From: Octopus sinensis
Taxonomy: Eukaryota
Direction of reading: 5' to 3'
Length of the DNA stretch: 64,000 nt
Assembly: GCF_006345805.1 (NCBI RefSeq)
Contig: NC_043001.1
Span: forward strand, 23,684,001-23,748,000
Shown: piece after piece, positions 60,016 through 64,000 of the stretch
How the letters are laid out: each line of letters begins with the position of its first letter
How positions within the stretch are numbered: position 1 is the stretch's first letter
Program-made: the position numbers and the translations under genes
The notes under the pieces: generated by a model
What the model saw: only the letters and a program-made list of their open reading frames with translations
Database searches by the model: none
Told to the model about the DNA's origin: nothing

Positions 60016-60901
60016 ATATATAAGTACGTAGATATACATACACACATGCATAAACACATACATAAATAAGGCAGGCTGCTGCGCTGTTGCAGTCTACTAA
60101 ATTTTACACGACGAATTGGTCAGGCTGAGGCAGCTGTAGAAGACACTTACTTAAGGTACCTTGCAAAAATATCGAACCCGCATCACAAAGTTGCGAAGCG
60201 AACTTCTTTTTTAACTTCTTAACTATAATAATACCTGCACAGACTGCTTATCATTGTTTACTTTATAGCCAGACTTTGAGATTTAAGTAAATACCCAGTA
60301 TGATACTAGACTTGTTTAATTCTCGTGATGTTATGTGTAATTAATTCCGTAATTCGGTCGTAGAAAAAGGTTCGGTTCTTAAGCACATGTTTAAAAAAAC
60401 TTGCATGAAAAATACAGCTGCCAAATCTGTGCAAAGTAAAATGTTGTAGTCAGGAATGTGTAGGAACGAAATCTAAGATGATTTAACTAAAATAGTTACC
60501 TTTATTTAATCTCTGCCTGCAAAAGCACAAGTCGTAAATAAAACCAAAAGAAAAATAAAAGTTAAAAGAAGAAAAAGATGGAAAAGATCTACATACCAGG
60601 AAAAGAAAAACATTTGATTTGAATTAAATAGGAAGGTTTCCATTTTCACTACTAACCCGGATATATTAGGATGTTAGTAAGTATAGTTAGCAAATGTAGT
60701 TGGATTTCATATACGTAACACAGTGCATCGAAAACCTTCGATTAACTAAGATTATCCTAGCAATATTTAAACAAAAAGTTCCCGAAGGATGTTAAAAAGA
60801 TTATGAATACAACTAAGAAAGGAGATAACTAATATAATTCATAAGTAGAAATATTAAAATTTCTAAGTCTCTCTAAAGGAGACTACGGCAGCGGTACTGT
60901 A

Positions 60902-61068
60902 TATTAATAGTTATCGCCAAGCTAATATGGCAGTCCAGAAATATAGAACGAATGCTGCCGTTGATTAGCTCCAAGAGGCCATCGCCTCTAGCTAGCTATG
61001 TGACACACGAACCTGTGTCCATTATAACCTTCGTTCCTGCCATATTAGTTTGGCGATAGCTATTAATA
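60902..61068. mobile_element. 167-bp element with 32-bp terminal inverted repeats, related to 25043-25505
   Basis: TATTAATAGTTATCGCCAAGCTAATATGGCAG and its reverse complement (2 mismatches); shared ATGGCAGTCC, GAACGAATG and TGTGTCC motifs. Confidence 0.6.
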
Positions 61069-61609
61069 GAATAATTCAGTTATCGAAATATTTGTACATT
61101 GCTGATTGGAGTACATTTCATCACTAAAGCAGAGGCATATCAAAATGGAAAGTGAAGGGCAGCAATCACTCCCCATCCTGAAGTGTAGGTGCGAAGGGCA
61201 GCAGTCATTCCTCATCATCAAGCATAGGTGCGAAGGGGACACAAATTTTTTGTCTGACTTAGCATACCTTTTCTGTTAATTAAAGTGGGTGGTGGTGGTG
61301 GTGGTGGTGTCCAAAGCGCTATTGGTCCACGAGGCAGTAGCATAGTTAGAGGAAGGCATGGAGAGGTGGTGGTCTTCCCCGGGCAACGTTTTAATGGTAG
61401 CGGCATTTTTGGGTCAACTGTAAAGCTTGTATAGGGGGAAAGGTGACAGGAGAAGCGCAAAGTGAAGGGCTGCCCGGGGCGGGTCACATACTAGCTACAC
61501 CACTGTCATGCAGTTGAGAGTCCTGGCTATGCCATTAGCTTTAGGCCAATTGGTGCAATCAACTAAACTGTTTCGATTTTATGTGATCGCCTCAGTTGGC
61601 GTGACCGAG

Positions 61610-61709
<100 letters not shown>

Positions 61710-61741
61710 GTTTGTATGCCTGGAATATATATGTATATATG

Positions 61742-61792
<51 letters not shown>

Positions 61793-61900
61793 TTGAGTTT
61801 GGTTTAATGGCCTACCAATGTATACTATGAGTTTCTTTGCCCTAAGAGTCGGGAAGACACTCGGCAAGAAATGGAAGCAAATTTGAAAGAAGAAAAAAAA

Positions 61901-61924
<24 letters not shown>

Positions 61925-61937
<13 letters not shown>

Positions 61938-62520
61938 TAATAATATTAGGGAGTATAACTCCAAACTTACAGGGAAAAATTCAATTTAGTATTAAATCAA
62001 ATTTCAGAATATAAATATATAATATATATAAATTAATTGGACTCTTATATTTTTCCAGTAAAGATATACTATAGTTTGTTTAAATTACTCTCAAAGCTAA
62101 AATATATCTTCACAGATAAAATACCAATTTCTATCTATTTACTCTATTTTTTTTTACCTTAGGTTTTTAACGTAATAAATGTATTATAAACACCATGTCC
62201 TACTTTTTAAGTTTCAAATTTGGTTAACGGAGTTTCTTTTATAAGAAAAATCTTGTTTTTATTTCTTTAAGAAATATTGTTTAATTCTGTTTGATTATTT
62301 ATTAAAAATATGTATTTATTTAACTATTATTGTTATTATTGTTGACCTGAGGAGTGACTATACTTTTAAACTGAATTATTTTTGGATCGATTAAATTTAA
62401 ATATAATTGTAATTCGAATTGAAGTTATAGCCACGAAACGTACGTAGTATTTTTACTTATTATATACTGTTTATTTATTATTATGTACCTTTTGTGATCT
62501 AGATTAATGTCTTATCATAT
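61925..62520 (+). mobile_element. AT-rich PLE-like terminal repeat with hammerhead motif (62345-62448)
   Basis: 5' end resembles 16630-16710; CTGAGGA GTGACTATA..63 nt..TATAGCCAC GAA ACGTACGT A GT. Confidence 0.45.
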
Positions 62521-62593
62521 ATTTTATTTTTCTATATGATATGTTTTATGTCTATCATTGTTTGAATTACATAATAGTGGTTTTTCTCTAATG

Positions 62594-62667
<74 letters not shown>

Positions 62668-63354
62668 ATAGGAAATGAATACGCATATGCACATAGGGAA
62701 TGCAAAGACGTTAATCAGGAATATCAAGAATATGACAGGCGGAAATACCTCAGACGAGCGTTTTACACACTGAATACAAATATGAAAGTATCTTACATAT
62801 ATAATATAGTACAGTGATCTTTAGGTTCATCAGATGAGATTACCCAAGCAAAGAGCAAACGAAAACAACTTTCAAGGTGTTTTGAAAATAGAAATCAAGG
62901 GAGGTAACTCTAAGGAAAGAAGAGATAAATTTTTGGCCGATCTAAACAATACTAATTAGAGAGGATCTGATCTTTTAAAGCCAAATGGTGAGACAAACTG
63001 ATACGTTTCGGCATTATCAGGCGTCCTTGGCGAAGCGTATTCTGAACACTTAAAAAAACTAAGAATGACACACAAATATACATATATGTACACACACACA
63101 CACGCACGCACACGCACACATGTGTAAGCATATATACATGTATATATTTGTATATTTAAATATATATATATGAGTGTATATATATATAAATACACATACA
63201 ATGATATATATATATATACATACAATAATACATATATATATATATATATATGTTTGTGTGTATATATACATGCAGTTATAGATATGTATATATGTATATA
63301 CATACGTACACTTATATATGTATATATGTTTATATATATATGTATATATATATA

Positions 63355-63384
<30 letters not shown>

Positions 63385-63386
<2 letters not shown>

Positions 63387-63514
63387 TTATTATATAGAAG
63401 GAGCTTCTACAGGACTAGAACTGTTTCATTCAAGAGAAATCATCAGGAAGCTCTGATGATTTCTCTTGAATGAAACAGTTCTAGTCCTGTAGAAGCTCCT
63501 TCTATATAATAAAT
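63385..63514. repeat. Perfect 62-bp inverted repeat (6-nt spacer) containing back-to-back hammerhead cores
   Basis: Arms 63385-63446 and 63453-63514; - strand AGCTTC CTGATGA TTTC-TCTT-GAAT GAA ACAG-TTCTAGTC-CTGT A GAAGCT (63452-63402). Confidence 0.85.
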
Positions 63515-63580
63515 TAATTTTACTCTGCTATGTATTGAGTACCTTATTTACTGTGGTTAACCCCGAATCAACCCGGGACC

Positions 63581-63638
<58 letters not shown>

Positions 63639-64000
63639 ATATATATATGTCTGTGTGTATATATATATATATATATACATATACATACATACACACACAC
63701 ATATATATATGTGTGTATATATATATATATAGTTATGGTATATTTTGTTAAAAATGTAGTAGAGTACAGTATAAATCTCGTCCACCTTCAGATTCACCTT
63801 GTGCAATCCAGTAGTAGTGTTATACGTACTTCCAAGTTTGTGTTTGGGCTTCTGGCGTGTGTGAATAGATAATTGAAAAAATTGGAGTCAACAAGAAGGA
63901 GCACGGTTGGACATTTATTTTTTAATCACTACAATTGTTTCCACGCAATGTAGTTCTCCGAGCGTTCAGGCACTTGATTATGCAGCTGTTTCACTGCATT

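Noticed and set aside
62995-63030. GCCGAAACGTA on the - strand as a hammerhead 3' half
   Set aside because: No intact CUGANGA and stem II upstream

Overview
AT-rich, repeat-saturated eukaryotic DNA. The SINE/RTE/Penelope/microsatellite mix looks like an octopus (coleoid cephalopod) genome; this is inferred from repeat content. One complete host gene can be assembled by hand: an 8-exon NUBP2/Cfd1 homolog (cytosolic Fe-S scaffold P-loop NTPase, + strand, ATG 2616 to TGA 28983, 267 aa). It lies head-to-head with the first coding exon of an unidentified signal-anchor membrane protein (- strand, ATG 2380). From about 29 kb to 64 kb no host exons are evident, only nested mobile elements: tRNA-derived SINEs, RTE, CR1/L2-group and RLE (Dong/R4-like) LINE fragments, a decayed Penelope-like element, non-autonomous Helitrons, and mariner, pogo, Chapaev-like and 8-bp-TSD TIR elements. 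Two signals stand out. (1) About ten type I hammerhead-ribozyme motifs from several unrelated sequence families, mostly with palindromic stem III. They include a fully canonical one on the sense strand of NUBP2 intron 3, retrozyme-like 250-305 bp terminally redundant units, and a perfect palindrome carrying back-to-back hammerheads. (2) A complete C4HC3 PHD finger inserted inside the reverse-transcriptase domain of the RTE LINE. All structures were folded by eye, with no database search or computation.
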